Assembly: GCF_006345805.1 (NCBI RefSeq)
Contig: NW_021833996.1
Span: forward strand, 1-52,144
Direction of reading: 5' to 3'
DNA length: 52,144 nucleotides
Source of the DNA: Octopus sinensis
Taxonomy: Eukaryota
This document shows, piece after piece, positions 25,476 through 38,202 of the stretch. The position numbers were made by a program, and so were the translations under genes. Position 1 is the stretch's first letter. Every line of letters begins with the position of its first letter. Under the pieces are notes generated by a model that saw only the letters and a program-made list of their open reading frames with translations, was not told the origin of the DNA and made no database searches.

Positions 25476-25939
25476 TTAACATGCATGATTGTACGTTACT
25501 ACTTCTCTCAAAAATTAAAACCAGGATGCTTATCAAGAATAAGGATACATATTTAATCAATTCAATTATACTTTATTGAATATGTTTGTTATTTGCCGCC
25601 GTAAACATAAATATAACGTAGAATAACTCGGCGAAAATATTAAACAAGAAATCAAAAACATTTAACCAAAACAAATTGCCGTCCCATTTCCATTTTTTTT
25701 TTCTTTTATGCACAACTGTAATGCCATGCTTCTGACATAATGTTTGCAAGAAGAAAAAAAAATAGGTCATTTCCATTAACCGTATTCAACCTCCAAAATA
25801 CTTAGACAGATGTTAATAATTTTGAAGGTGCTGTCTGGTTTGAGAGACCACCATGACCACAAGTTTAAACGATCTCCCAAAAGATTTTCATCCCATCCCA
25901 AGTGTAAAATTTAAAACAGCAGCACGACAACGACGACAA

Positions 25940-25999
25940 TGTAGCAGCAGCAGCAGAAGCAGCAGCAGCAACAGCAGCAGCAGCAACAGCAGCAGCAGC

Positions 26000-26053
<54 letters not shown>

Positions 26054-26126
26054 CGTGGTGGTGGTGGTGGTGGTGTGGTGGTGGTGGTGTGGTGGTGGTG
26101 GTGGTGGTGGTGGTGGTGGTGGTGGT
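25940..26126. repeat. (CAG)n-(TAG)n-(GGT)n compound microsatellite
   Basis: Direct reading. Confidence 0.95.
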
Positions 26127-27469
26127 GTATTTTCTGCAGTGCCAAAATCACCGCCGCCGAAACCAAAGCTAAGTCTTTCTGTATTGAGTTTCTTGATATA
26201 AACGATTTTTTAAGCTAATAGAATTGCACTCGAAGGACACCGAAATTTTCGGTTAATAACAATTAATTGGAACTCATATGCACACATGTAATATATATAC
26301 ACACATACACACACAAAAAACGCACACACACACACACTCGCATACACACAATGCACATACATGTGTATGCATGTACATATATATATATGAACATATTCAA
26401 ATACGTACATATACAAACGGAAAAACATTATATACGCGTCTGTGTTTCTGTATGTGTGTGTGTGTGTGCGTGTGTGAGTGCATGTATGCGCGCGTTTAAA
26501 CGAAAGAAGAGTGCACCCAGTACATTCTGTAGAGTTTGCTCGGAGTATCCTAGGCTGGAAACAAGTCTTATTCCTCAGACGTTGTCAATAAGGGAAGTTT
26601 TAGCAGCGTGCGACAGAACAGATAAGACAGAACCTTATTTGTCGCCAGAAAAGCATTTTCCCCGTTGCTAACGTAATGCTTTACACGACGCTGCCAGAAT
26701 ACAAAGGCGCTACAAAGATATAAAGAAGGCAATTTTCGTTAACAATGAAATCTACTCTTCGATTCTCTCCACTATTTTTTTCCGAATCAGTCGGTTGAAA
26801 TCACTCCGGGTAAATGCTAGTCTGTGCCGGAAATTCGAAATCACACAGGATTTTTTGTTATGATAAAGAACAAGTTGTTCCAGAATATGTTATTTCTCAG
26901 ACAGCCAGAATTGCAGTTATGCGTTTTACAAGCAGCAAAGTTCTGTTGACGATATTCCAAGTTAGGGTAAGATATTTGATTTCTAAGCTCCCAAATATAA
27001 TAGGCGAGCGAGGTCACTGTTGAAGTCACTGATCGTAGCAAATTGCTAATTGAAATCCAGAGTTTCAGAACAAGGAATTTCGATAGGGATAGATAAAATG
27101 TCACAATATCAATATAGGGAAATTTGTGGACGATTCATATGCATGCATACATATATACATACATACATACATACATACATGCATACATGCATACATACAT
27201 ACATACATACATACATACATACATGCATACATGCATACATACATACATACATACATACATGTATACATGCATACATACATACATACATACATACATGCAT
27301 ACATGCATACATACATACATGCATACATACATACATACATACATACATACATACATACATACTACATACATACATACATGCATACATACATACATGATGG
27401 GCATCCACTCGTTACCGAAGAAGACCATTGCTGGCCTTTAGGAACATTGTGCGCTCTAGGACTAGCTTA

Positions 27470-27960
27470 TATTTTGCATTTGCTGCTCCTCCGTTGGTGG
27501 CTAATGAGGCCTGCTCTTGACAAGCATACACAACTGCAAACATTGCAAGCCAAGCTTTCCCTATTCACTACACTAGCAATGCGCTTTCGAGCAGCACGAT
27601 TAAATTATTCATGCAGAATAGTGCTCTCTCAAACGTGTCAACCCCCTCTTTAACCTGCATCCTAACTCTGTGGTGATGACAGGTATTGCTCTCCCAGTCA
27701 GTCTCCTGCATATCGCAGGCCTTTAATGAGGACTTGACAGTCCTTAAATCGCAGCTTTGGTTTCTGCCGGGGTCTCTTTCCACTAGCAAGTTCCCTATAT
27801 AACATCTGTTTAGAGATCCTGCTATCTTTCATTCTAATAAGGTGTCCAGTCCAACGTAGCCGGGGGCTTGTGAAATATCGCCTGAATACTCAATATATCA
27901 GCTTTCCAGCGACCTGTGATTTCTGTTGATTTAGTAAATAGAATAGAAGACTCCTTAGAA
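27470..27960 (-). mobile_element. RTE LINE 3' fragment between (CATA)n tracts
   Basis: RLRWTGHLIRMKDSRISKQMLYRELASGKRPRQKPKLRFKD and terminal zinc finger CNVCSCVCLSRAGLISHQRR. Confidence 0.85.
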
Positions 27961-28889
27961 AGCAAAGGAGCTGATGCAGAGCTCTACATACATACATACA
28001 TATATACATTCATACATACATACATATATACATACTTACATACACACATACATACAAACATACATACATACATACATACATGCAAACAAACATACATTCA
28101 TACATACATACATACTTACATACACACATACATACAAACATACATACATACATACATACATACATACACACATACATACATACATACATACATACATACA
28201 TACATACATACATACAATACATACATACATACATACATACATACATACATACATACATACATGCACGCATGCATACATACATACATACATACATACATAC
28301 ATACATACATACATACATACATACATACATACATGCACGAATGCATACATACATACATACATACATACATACATACATACATACATACATACATACATAC
28401 ATACATACTGCTGGATATCGTTGAACGACTGCTGAATGGGAAACATTTCTAGAACATGCAAAAGTAGTCTCCCATACTTTTATTTCAAATTCCAATAGAA
28501 TTTCAAGCAAGTTTCAATGAGACTCATGATGTTCTTATGAAAAAATGCATAAAAGGTAGATACATTCATGACAGTAGCTACGCACTCCAATTAAGTTAGG
28601 AGGAAGACTTGTTAAACATCCTCAAGTTGTGCTGATTAAGTCATTTCTCTGTCTCAAAAGCTTCCAGATATAATTCTTCAAAGACGTGTGAGTGTGTGTG
28701 TGAGTGAGTGTGTGCGTGTGTATGTGTGTATCATTATGTATGTATGTATGTATGTATGTATGTATGTATCTATGTATCTATGTATGTATGTATGTACGTA
28801 AGGGCGGAAGAACTCTTGAGAGTCAACGGCCATCCAATAAATGTGTATTTTTTTTCTTATGGCTTAAGGCTGTATCATGCGCGGGGACA

Positions 28890-29315
28890 TAGAAATAATT
28901 GAACTGAATACCCGATCGCGCGGTTAAACCATTTGGAGTGAAGGACTCCTAGCCTTCTAGGAGAAGGTAACTCAGGTAACTGAGATAACTCCGACATAAA
29001 ACCTGCGGCTCAGTGGTTACCGATGATGTTGACTTGTTCTTCTTTTCGGATTATGGCTGCTGTTGCTTAGTGAGTGGGATTGACTCAGTGCACAGCCTTT
29101 CCTCACTTTAAAAAAAATCTTCTTGCACAGGCATTGCACGATAGCAACATTGTTCATGATTGTTGATGGTGCTGTGAGTCTCAACTGAATAGCTGGTTGT
29201 TACCTTAAAAAGCAAATAAAAGTCACATTCGATCACAGCACCAATAACAGTTAGGCTTCGTGCAATGGCCATACTCGATAACGAGGGGGCAGCCATCATC
29301 ATCATCATCATCATC
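28890..29315 (+). mobile_element. Possible internally deleted RTE derivative (5'-region-like sequence joined to a 3' tip with (CAT)n tail)
   Basis: Ends AACGAGGGGGCAGCCAT-(CAT)n; the same 17-mer precedes (TATG)n at 698-714. Family assignment rests on recall only. Confidence 0.35.
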
Positions 29316-29699
29316 ACGTATGTATGTATAAAAAGAGTGCATCAGTTTTTTTTAGGCCATTTGTATGGATTCAAAAAAGATGCGTAGCTCATCAAAAAGA
29401 AAAGCTGTATTTGAAGACAAATTGGTACAAATAATCTTCAGAATCCTTTCATCACAACTATTCAATAAATTCAATAGCTGCTTCACTGCGAGTTCGGAGG
29501 AATTGATATGCTTGGATCAGATGATCTTCAACAATTTTGGATACAGTGCTGGTTATACCGGACTTGAGAGATTGTATGACGCTATGGAGGTATTGATTGA
29601 CCTCTCTCTCACTCTCTCTCTTTCTCTCTCTCTCTCTCATTCTTTCTCTTTCTCCCCCTCTCTCTCTTTCTTTTTCTCTCGACTACATTTCATACGTAC

Positions 29700-30235
29700 T
29701 AGTGCAGAAGATTGAGGTCTGGCTAACTAGTTTGCCATGTATTTGAGAGAACAAGAGGATGGAGATAAGCACGCATCCACGCCTGGATTATTCTAACCTT
29801 ATGACACAGTGCAGCGCCCTGTTAGAAGAAGTATAATCTTCCGTTGCCTACTCTGTCTATTCGAGGCTTCACAACTTTCTGCAACATCTCTGTGTAGACA
29901 GCGGCAATAACTTTTAAGCCCTTTGAAAAAAACGTGAGGAGGCATCATATCTCCCTAATTGCTGACAACTCCCTGAACCATCACAGTAGCCGAGAACTGT
30001 TGGAACCCCCTTATGTATGACTGTTGGAACCTCATTAGGATCTCTAGAAAGACCAAAGCATTCAAGCCTCTTAGTACTTTAACTTATTTAGAAAGCACTA
30101 TGTACAGATCGAACGATTCTCTTGTAACATCCGACATGAACTGAACTCCTTCACATCACATACGACTTATACCGTGTGTCTTCATGTACAATTCTTCTTA
30201 TGGTGCATTCTGAAACCTTGAGGTCATTTACAGTG
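29700..30235 (-). mobile_element. Tc1/mariner superfamily (maT/DD37D-like) transposase remnant
   Basis: ATVMVQGVVSN*GDMMPPHVFSKGLKV.A.VYTEMLQKVVKPRIDRV.NGR.YFF*Q.AA..HK....QAWM.....W..S*PDLN.L.Y. Confidence 0.75.
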
Positions 30236-30639
30236 ACTCTGATTGACTTTCTGGGGCTTTTATCGATTATTACTTGGATTTTTTTGTACAAAGTTATGTG
30301 TTCTAATAACATTAAGACTCTGTGCATGTGTTTTGCCTTTAGATGCTGAAGTTGGATCCCCGTCAGCAGCTTCCAGCTCCTTTCAAACTTTGGTAGCGGG
30401 ACACTCTCAGGAAGGAATCGATCTTTGTATCACTCTGCTGCACTTCTAAGGCAACGATTACAGCGTGCCTTTTAATCAGATGTCTGACATTATTTATCTA
30501 AAAAGTGAGCTAAAAAGATTTGGAACTCTCGAAAGAGGTATCCCCAAAAAACTGATGCACCATGTGTATGTGTGTGCGCGCGTGCGGTGGTGTGTGTGTG
30601 TGTGTGTGTGTTTGTGTATGCATGTGTACGTGTGTACGT

Positions 30640-30750
30640 ACGTCTGTGTTTGCATTTCTCCCACCATTGCTTGACAACAAGTGTTGGTTTGTTTATGTGT
30701 CTATACTTTAGCGGTTCTCCAAAAGGAACCGATAGAATTGATAATTATCA
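30640..30750 (+). mobile_element. SINE family A, 3' half fragment
   Basis: CCACCATTGCTTGACAAC...TTAGCGGTTC...ACCGATAGAAT. Confidence 0.7.
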
Positions 30751-31121
30751 AACATTAAGATAAATACGATTTGCTTGCCTAAAACTTTCAAGACGTCCCC
30801 AATATGGACATCTTCCAAATATCTGAAAATGGAAAATAATTATCTCTATTTGCATTGAAATGTCTCACTTCACAAAATGTTCAGTTAACAAATAACAAGT
30901 TATATCAAAAGAATGAAAGAGTACTATATATGATTACCACCTACAGGAAATGTTTGGACCTTCGTAATAAGTAAAGAAAGTTAAATATCAAATATGTGAT
31001 TTCTCTGCATTGTTTCCTTATAAACCCTTAATTTCAGATTCATATTTCTAATCCCGCCAAATAGTGTGAAGCGTGAATGATCTTCCCTGTAATAATTGCG
31101 GTTTCTAAAAGTCGTGTTTAA

Positions 31122-31469
31122 TCTTTATATATAAAGCTGAAGTTGTCTGTGTATGGCAGGTTTGGTAGTCTTGACCAAAATTGAAAGTATAATAGAAGAA
31201 GACTTGCTCTTCCTTCCGTAGAAGAAAACATTCAGATCGGACCATGTTAACACCAAAAATTATTTACATCAAAAAAGGTGTTTTTTTCTATGAAAATCCC
31301 TATTTTACGATTTTTTGACTGCTGTGTCGCTATTTTTCTGTGTATTTCAAACAGAAAAATGTTCACTTAAAGAGAATAGCAAGCTACATAATGCAAAATT
31401 TTTACTTTTCAAAAATCCCAATTCTAAAGGGTCGAAACAAACCCGAGCAACGCCGGGCGATACTGCTAG
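31122..31469 (+). mobile_element. Non-autonomous Helitron
   Basis: Starts TC after A, ends CTAG before T, with subterminal hairpin CCCGAGC-AAC-GCCGGG 8 nt upstream of CTAG. Confidence 0.75.
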
Positions 31470-31604
31470 TAAACGATATATTTATGTTTATACATACAGA
31501 TATATCGTGTGTATGTATGTATGTATGTATGTATGTATACAGGCATGGTTGTGTTGTAATGAATTTCGTTTTGCAACTCAATGGTTTCAAGTTCTAATCT
31601 ACTG

Positions 31605-31845
31605 TACTCTTTTACTCTTTACTCTCTTTTACTTGTTTCAGTTATTTGACTGCGGCCATGCTGGAGCACCGCCGTTAGTCGAGCAAATCGACCCCAGAAC
31701 TTATTTTTTGTAAGCCTAATACTTATTCTATCGGTCTCTTTTGCTGAACCGCTAAGTTACGAGGACGGAAACACACCAGCATCGGTTGTCAAGCGATGTT
31801 TGGTGGGACAAACACAGACACACAAACACACACACACACACAGAC

Positions 31846-31890
<45 letters not shown>

Positions 31891-32017
31891 TATATACGAC
31901 GGGCTTCTTTCGGTTTCCGTCTACCAAATTCACTCACAAGGCTTTGGTCGGCCCGAGGCTATGTAGAAGACACTTGCCCAAAGTGCCACGCAGTGGGACT
32001 GAACCCGGAACCATGTG
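31605..32017 (-). mobile_element. SINE family A, head slightly truncated
   Basis: High similarity to 24074-24466. Confidence 0.9.
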
Positions 32018-32428
32018 TTTATCTCTCACCGCTTGCCAACCGGTTTGTTTATGTCTCCGTGACTTAGCGGTTCAGCAACAAGACAATCATAGTACATATG
32101 CAATGTCAAATAAGTACCTTATGAAACAAAACACTTCAACGCGATGGCCCTAAATGACTGCTTCCCATGTCTCCACCCGATATTCAATTTTTAATTAGTC
32201 TGAATGTCAGAGTTGTCTCCCTTTCGAGAATTAATAATTAAACACTAATTAGGTATATTTTTTTCTTTAATTCAAGTGTAATTTTTATTAATTAAGCTTC
32301 TTTGGCTTACTATACTAAGTCTCTTAACACCGACTCATCTGTTTGAAACATTTTAACTAAGCTGCAATACCGCTAAGACCTCATGATTTATTAGGACGAA
32401 AATATCAAGTTGTTTTTAATGTGTGTAT

Positions 32429-32483
<55 letters not shown>

Positions 32484-32588
32484 TGCGTGCGTATGTGTGT
32501 ATGTGTGTGTCTACGTGTAAGAGCATATATACATATATATATATGCATGTGTATGTTTTTATATAATATATATGTGTGTGTATATATG

Positions 32589-32639
<51 letters not shown>

Positions 32640-33424
32640 AATATATATATATATATATGGAGAGAGAGAGAGATAACTATAGATATGCATATACATACAT
32701 ACTTTTCTTTACTTGTAAGCATTACAGGATTTTTTTTCATTTTTCTTTTTTCTTTCCTCGAATAGTTTAATGTCTATAATTTTTCTCTGCTGATATCAAA
32801 CATAATTAGCACCAATCTGAGATCAAAATAAGGAGGAGGGTGGCGGTAAAGTGAGAGAGAGAGAGAGAGAGAGAGAGCGACAGACAAACATACAGGCAGA
32901 CAGGCAGGCTGAATGACCGACAGACGGTGGGCGCATGGGAATAGAGAGTAACAGTCCCATTGCTGTGATTCTTTCTGGCTTCTTTCTCGAATTAGTCTTT
33001 ATGACATCAAATATCATTTACATTGAATTCTTAGTATTTACAATATATAATTTATATTTTATAATTTTCTCAGCATGCTTTGAAAATATTGATACTTTTT
33101 TATCGTTTCGTAAATACTAGATATTTCACATTATTTTACAATAATTATTAGTTTGTCTTCAGCGACAGGATGTTGTTACAGATATAGCAATAATAAAACC
33201 AGTCATTTAACTCCGTTTAGCTTAAAATTCGCGTGGTCACAAGTAAACTCACCGCTCACCGTTCTTTACTGTCATATCGTTTCCTTTCTATGAAGGCAGG
33301 GAAGTTTCTTATGCGTTGTTAACCCTGTTTTAAATCGTCGCTGTTTTTGTTTGTGTTAAAACCTAGGTCAGCAATTCTGATTCAGCAGATTTATGATCGC
33401 CAGTATTACATTCATAACCATCAT

Positions 33425-33905
33425 AGGAGCAGGCATGGCTGTGTGGTTAAGAATCTTGCTCCCCAACTGTGCGCTCTTGGCTTCAGTCCTACTTCGCAGT
33501 ACGTTGGATAAGTGTCTTCTACTATAGCCCTAAGCCGATCAATAGCATGAGTGGATTTTGTTTGTTCCTTCTCGAGCCATGCCTAGCTCAAAAGAGCCAG
33601 TTTCCCGGTTTCCTTGGCGTATAGGTTTCCCACCTGGACGGGGCACCGGTCCGTCGCAGGTGAGCTGCAAGATGCAGGAGGAAAATGTGGAAGAAAGTTG
33701 TGGGGAAAGAGTTAGCAGAAGTTCGCCATTACCTTCTGCCGGAGCCGCGTGGAGCTGAGGTGTTTCGCTCATAAACACACACATTGCCCGGTCTGAGATT
33801 CGAACCCGCGAGTCCGCTGCTCTAACCACTAGGCTATGTGCCTCCATATGAGTGAATTTGGTGAATGGTAAATAAAATAAGCCCATCGTTTGTAAATATA
33901 GATAT
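33425..33905 (+). mobile_element. SINE family A 5' part interrupted by a family C-type SINE
   Basis: GGCATGGCTGTGTGGTTAAG head; body resumes at 33848. Confidence 0.65.
33560..33846 (-). mobile_element. tRNA-derived SINE (family C-like head) nested in SINE A
   Basis: Head TGGAGGCACATAGCCTAGTGGTTAGAGCAGCGGACTCGCGGGTTCGAATCTC; flanking ATGAGTGGATTT / ATGAGTGAATTT. Confidence 0.85.
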
Positions 33906-34574
33906 ACGAAAGTAATAATTTAAAAGATGTCAAATTGACATAACAGTTGTTTCCGTAAAGGGATGATATCATTTATTCCACATCTCATACAATGTTATGC
34001 AATGCATGCAATTCTTATTGTCCATTCACTTCTTCGGATGTCGTGATTTGAAGGTTGCGATCGACCTAATGCTATTTATATATTGTAAACACGCCCAAAT
34101 GAACGCGTCTCAAAATATTCATTAAGTCGTCCGTGCCTTCAACTCGTGACATTGAGAGAAGTGAATGGACCATTTTATATATTTCCATATACAATGGCAT
34201 GTATTACATGACATTTATGAATTGCATAACATTATATGAGATATGTAGTAAATAATATCGTCTGTTTACAAAAATAGTTGTAATGTCAATTTGACTTCTT
34301 TCTTCATTTAAATTATTACTTTTATCATTGACTCTGTGGGGCTTATATTAAGCCTACTGGAGTTGTATAGAGCTCCCTTTAGTATCAGTTGATACTTTGC
34401 GGATCTCCTTTTGATTTTGGAATATTACACTAGCCACGAACCTGTATGATGTGCTAATGAGGCAATAGCCAACTTAATAATTATTCCATCAATCTGTATA
34501 AATATATGCATCATAAATACATACATACATACATTCATAAATATACATGTATGTATACATATATGTGCATGTGC

Positions 34575-34790
34575 GTGTGTGTGTGTGTCTTTATGCTTGT
34601 GTTCGTCCTCCACCACCTCTTGATAACCGGTGTTGGCTTGTTTACGTCCCGTAACTTATCGCTCTGGAAAAATCGACCGATAGAGTAAGTGCCAGACTTA
34701 AAAAGAAGTAGTGGAGTTGAGTTGTTCGTGTAAACTCTTGAGGGTGGTGCCCCAGTATGGCGGTATTCCGATTAATAGAACGAGTAAAAA
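34575..34790 (+). mobile_element. SINE family A, diverged 3' half
   Basis: TTGATAACCGGTGTTGG..TTTACGTCCCGTAACTTA...GGTGGTGCCCCAGTATGG. Confidence 0.7.
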
Positions 34791-34910
34791 AAAAAAAAAC
34801 TTCTAAATCCATGTGGGGTTCTTTTCAACCCTCATACCCTCTCTCGCTACATTATCGTGTTTACTTTTCTTGTGACAGTAGGATGTGATTTTACATAAAG
34901 TTACCACATA

Positions 34911-35318
34911 GGCGCAGGAGTGGCAGTGTGGTAAGTAGCTTGCTAACCAACCACATGGTTCCAGGTTCACTCCCACTGCGTGGCATCTTTGGCAAGTGTC
35001 TTCTGCTATAGCCCCGGGCCGACCAATGCCTTGTGAGTGGATTTGGTAGACGGAAACTGAAAGAAGCCTGTCGTATATATGTATATATATGTGTGTGTGT
35101 GTATATGTTTGTGTGTCTGCGTTTGTCCCCCTAGCATTGCTTGACAACCGATGCTGGTGTGTTTACGTCCCCGTCACTTAGCGGTTCGGCAAAAGAGACC
35201 GATATAATAAGTACTGGGCTTACAAAGAATAAGTCCCGGGGTCGATTTGCTCGACTAAAGGCGGTGCTCCAGCATGGCCTCAGTCAAATGACTGAAACAA
35301 GTAAAAGAGTAAAGAGTA
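34911..35318 (+). mobile_element. SINE family A, full length
   Basis: Complete head, body and tail. Confidence 0.92.
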
Positions 35319-36411
35319 TAGATATGTTAATCTTCAGAAATTGAAATAGGTTCTTCAATTATGAGTAATCCCTTTCGTATTTGTTAGAAAGATATGCCAT
35401 CGTTTGAAATATTCTTTTCAAAACAAAGAACAGCACTGATTAAACTGTAATCTACGAACCTATTTCGATCACCAGTAGACGTCATTTTATCCTAATTACT
35501 CTTTTCATGGTATAGACAAATCCACAGATTTTAATTTTTTTTTTCTATTTCATAAATCATAACCAATGACTTGTGCAATAAGAGTGAACATCTATTTTAT
35601 GAGTGGTGTGTATTAAGTCTGTAAAATTGTGCATAAAGTATATGTATATATATATATAAAGGGCATTAAGTAATCATCGTATTCCAATTTCTTTCACTTT
35701 TCAATGAGTAGTAGATGAACGACTATCTTTCCATATACACACGGCATAATCTACGCTTTCAAGTTCTTTGGATAAAGTTTTCAGAAAAAACCAATAGGTT
35801 TACCATTAATTCCATGAAATAATCACGGATCCCGCTAGTATGATAAAATGGTGTAACTGAAGTTGCATGTTTTTCGTTTTTTATTTGATTTCATTGTTTT
35901 ATTTCAAGAAATTTAATTCATTATAAAAAAAAAAATAAAGTATTCTGATTATAATTTCTTGCATATTGAATTAAAATGCAAGGCTTGGGATATTTCGGGT
36001 CATTAACAGTAACAAATGATACTTAAATGCACATTTCCAAGTAAAGTATCTGAAACATTTATTGATTAAACTGAAATGTGGGAGGGAAAAATATGAAGTA
36101 TTATTGCAGCTAAAAATTGTGTTCTCGGTTTCATTTATACCACATTACAAGGCGCGTGAAAATGGCATTGCGAGTGAGAGATGTCTATTATTTCAAACAA
36201 AGATGCGAGGAGCGACTTAATTGAAAATAGACCGACACATTGCAAACACAAATTTTCATTTTCCCCTGTGCGTTCACCACCTCTCTAGAGTGCTGGTTCA
36301 AAGCTGAAACACAAATCTTTATGCATTCAATTGCAACGTTTATATCGCTTTACAATCCCAGTATAGTGATCTGTCTGATACTTATCTATAATATTTACTA
36401 TGTTTAAAAAA

Positions 36412-36600
36412 AGGCGAGCTTGCAGAATTGTTAGCACGTGCGGCAAAATGCTTAGCGGCATTTCGTCTGTCTTTACGTTCTGAGTTCAAATCCCGCCGAG
36501 GTTGACTTTGCCTTTCGTCTTTTCGGAGTCGATAAAATAAGCATCCGTTGAACACTGTTATCGACTTAAATTGCTAACCTTATGTCAAAATTTGAAATCG
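36412..36600 (+). mobile_element. SINE family B monomer
   Basis: GGCGAGCTTGCAGAATTGTTAGCAC...GAGTTCAAATCCCGCCGAGG (B-box like). Confidence 0.85.
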
Positions 36601-36919
36601 GTATTTACATACATGATTTAAAAGCCTGATACATTTCATTCAGATTGTATCCAACTTGTCCTCTTTGTTACACAGGCACACTAGCTATTGATGGGACCTT
36701 GAAAGGGTGTCTGACCCTCTAGATAAACGATTAAAAAAGTAAAGGTATATTGAATAACGTAATCTTCGATATAGCATATTTTACAAAATTACGACTGGAT
36801 AGTTTCAATGACTGTAGGAATACTTTAGATTACGAGTTTCTACGTGACATGAGGCTCAACAACAAAAGGGAGAACACGTAATATGTTCACAACACATTCA
36901 GTCCATTGCGGTACTAGGA

Positions 36920-36968
36920 CTTTGAAACACTGCGGTGTTTCGATCTTGTTGTGTCTCTTCAGTCAAAG
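36920..36968 (-). ncRNA. Type I hammerhead ribozyme, canonical core (unit 1)
   Basis: CTTTGA-CTGAAGA-GA(CACAACAAGA)TC-GAAA-CAC(CGCA)GTG-TT-TCAAAG: perfect 6-bp stem I, 3-bp stem III, GUU triplet; stem II weak. Confidence 0.8.
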
Positions 36969-37287
36969 CAACACCCGGATCTATGAGTCTAAACAACAAC
37001 TTTGGCTCTTATTTGCCGATGTGTGCTGTTATCAACAATTCTTTTTTAAAATCTAAGTTAATGATAAGATTCCTACTACATTAAATCTGAATGATAGAAC
37101 AGTCTATTTGTTGCTTCGTTATGAAAATTTAATGCAGTAATAATATAGTTTGAGTATTATTAAACTTAAATTAACGATAATGTAGTTTCTACAGTAATAA
37201 ATCCTCGTTTAACATGAGATTCAACAACAACAAAATGGGGCACACATAATATGTTTACAACACACTCAGTCCATTGAGGTACGGGGA

Positions 37288-37336
37288 CTTTGAGACACCG
37301 AGATGTTTCGACCTTGTTGCGTCTCTTCGGACAAAG
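37288..37336 (-). ncRNA. Type I hammerhead ribozyme (unit 2; U4C variant)
   Basis: CTTTGT-CCGAAGA-GAC(GCAACAAG)GTC-GAAA-CAT(CTCG)GTG-TC-TCAAAG; GUC triplet. Confidence 0.72.
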
Positions 37337-38202
37337 ACCTTGTTGCGTCTCTCTGGATCAATGAGTCTAAGCAAGAATTTTGGCGCTTATTTGCCAGGAC
37401 ATGCTGATGTCTAACAAGCCGATAAATTGCCATATACGGCAAGAACAACGAAAAAATCGTTTTTGAAACCTAGTTAATAAGATTTTTTACTCCAATATAT
37501 TTGAATGATAAACTCGTATTTGTTGTTTCGTTACGAAATTTGATGCAGTAATAATATAGTTTTCTGTATTATTAAACTTAAATTAATTATAATAAAGCTT
37601 CTACATTAATAACACCGCATTTAATGATATCATTTTTACATTATTAAATCTAGATTAATAATAGTTTCTAAATAATAAAAACTGGATGAATGAATAATTT
37701 TCTACGCTTTTAAATCTGAATGAAAATAGAGTTTTTATATTATCAAATCCGGTTGTGGAAAGATGTAACATTTGAGGTTAAGATGATGATGATGTTCTTA
37801 TTAATAGTGGTGAGGATGATGTGGATGAGAGTGCTGTGTTGTTTGGGTTTTTTTTTTCGATACTAAAGACAGTGATGTTAATGACGGTTGTGGAAGGAGG
37901 GAAGGGGGTAATAGCAAAGGCGATGGTGGTGGTGGTCGTCGTCGTCTTGATCGAGCAGAACCTATTTTCAAAGTTATTTCACCGGTGTCCATTTTGTCTT
38001 TTTATGCATATGAAGGGCTGCATTATCTAACTTCACCGTTCATTACCTAAGGCTGTAGGGCGATTATTTAAAGGAAAGTTGGTTGCTCTTTCTAGCAGGT
38101 CGCCTCCAATCCCGGAGGTGATGGTGATCGTCGTCGCCTATGCCGTCCTCATCTTAGTCCTCGTCATCGTCGTCGCCGTCCTCGCTATTGTCATCGTCAT
38201 CG

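Larger units (their letters stand above)
36848..37625 (-). repeat. Two-unit diverged tandem repeat (period ~365-368) with one hammerhead per unit, retrozyme-like
   Basis: Units start CATGAG(G/A)(C/T)TCAACAACAA at 36848 and 37213 and are colinear throughout. Confidence 0.8.

Noticed and set aside
25853-26218. ORF with ACCACCATG Kozak-like start
   Set aside because: Only ~29 unique codons before microsatellite; no recognizable domain or splice context
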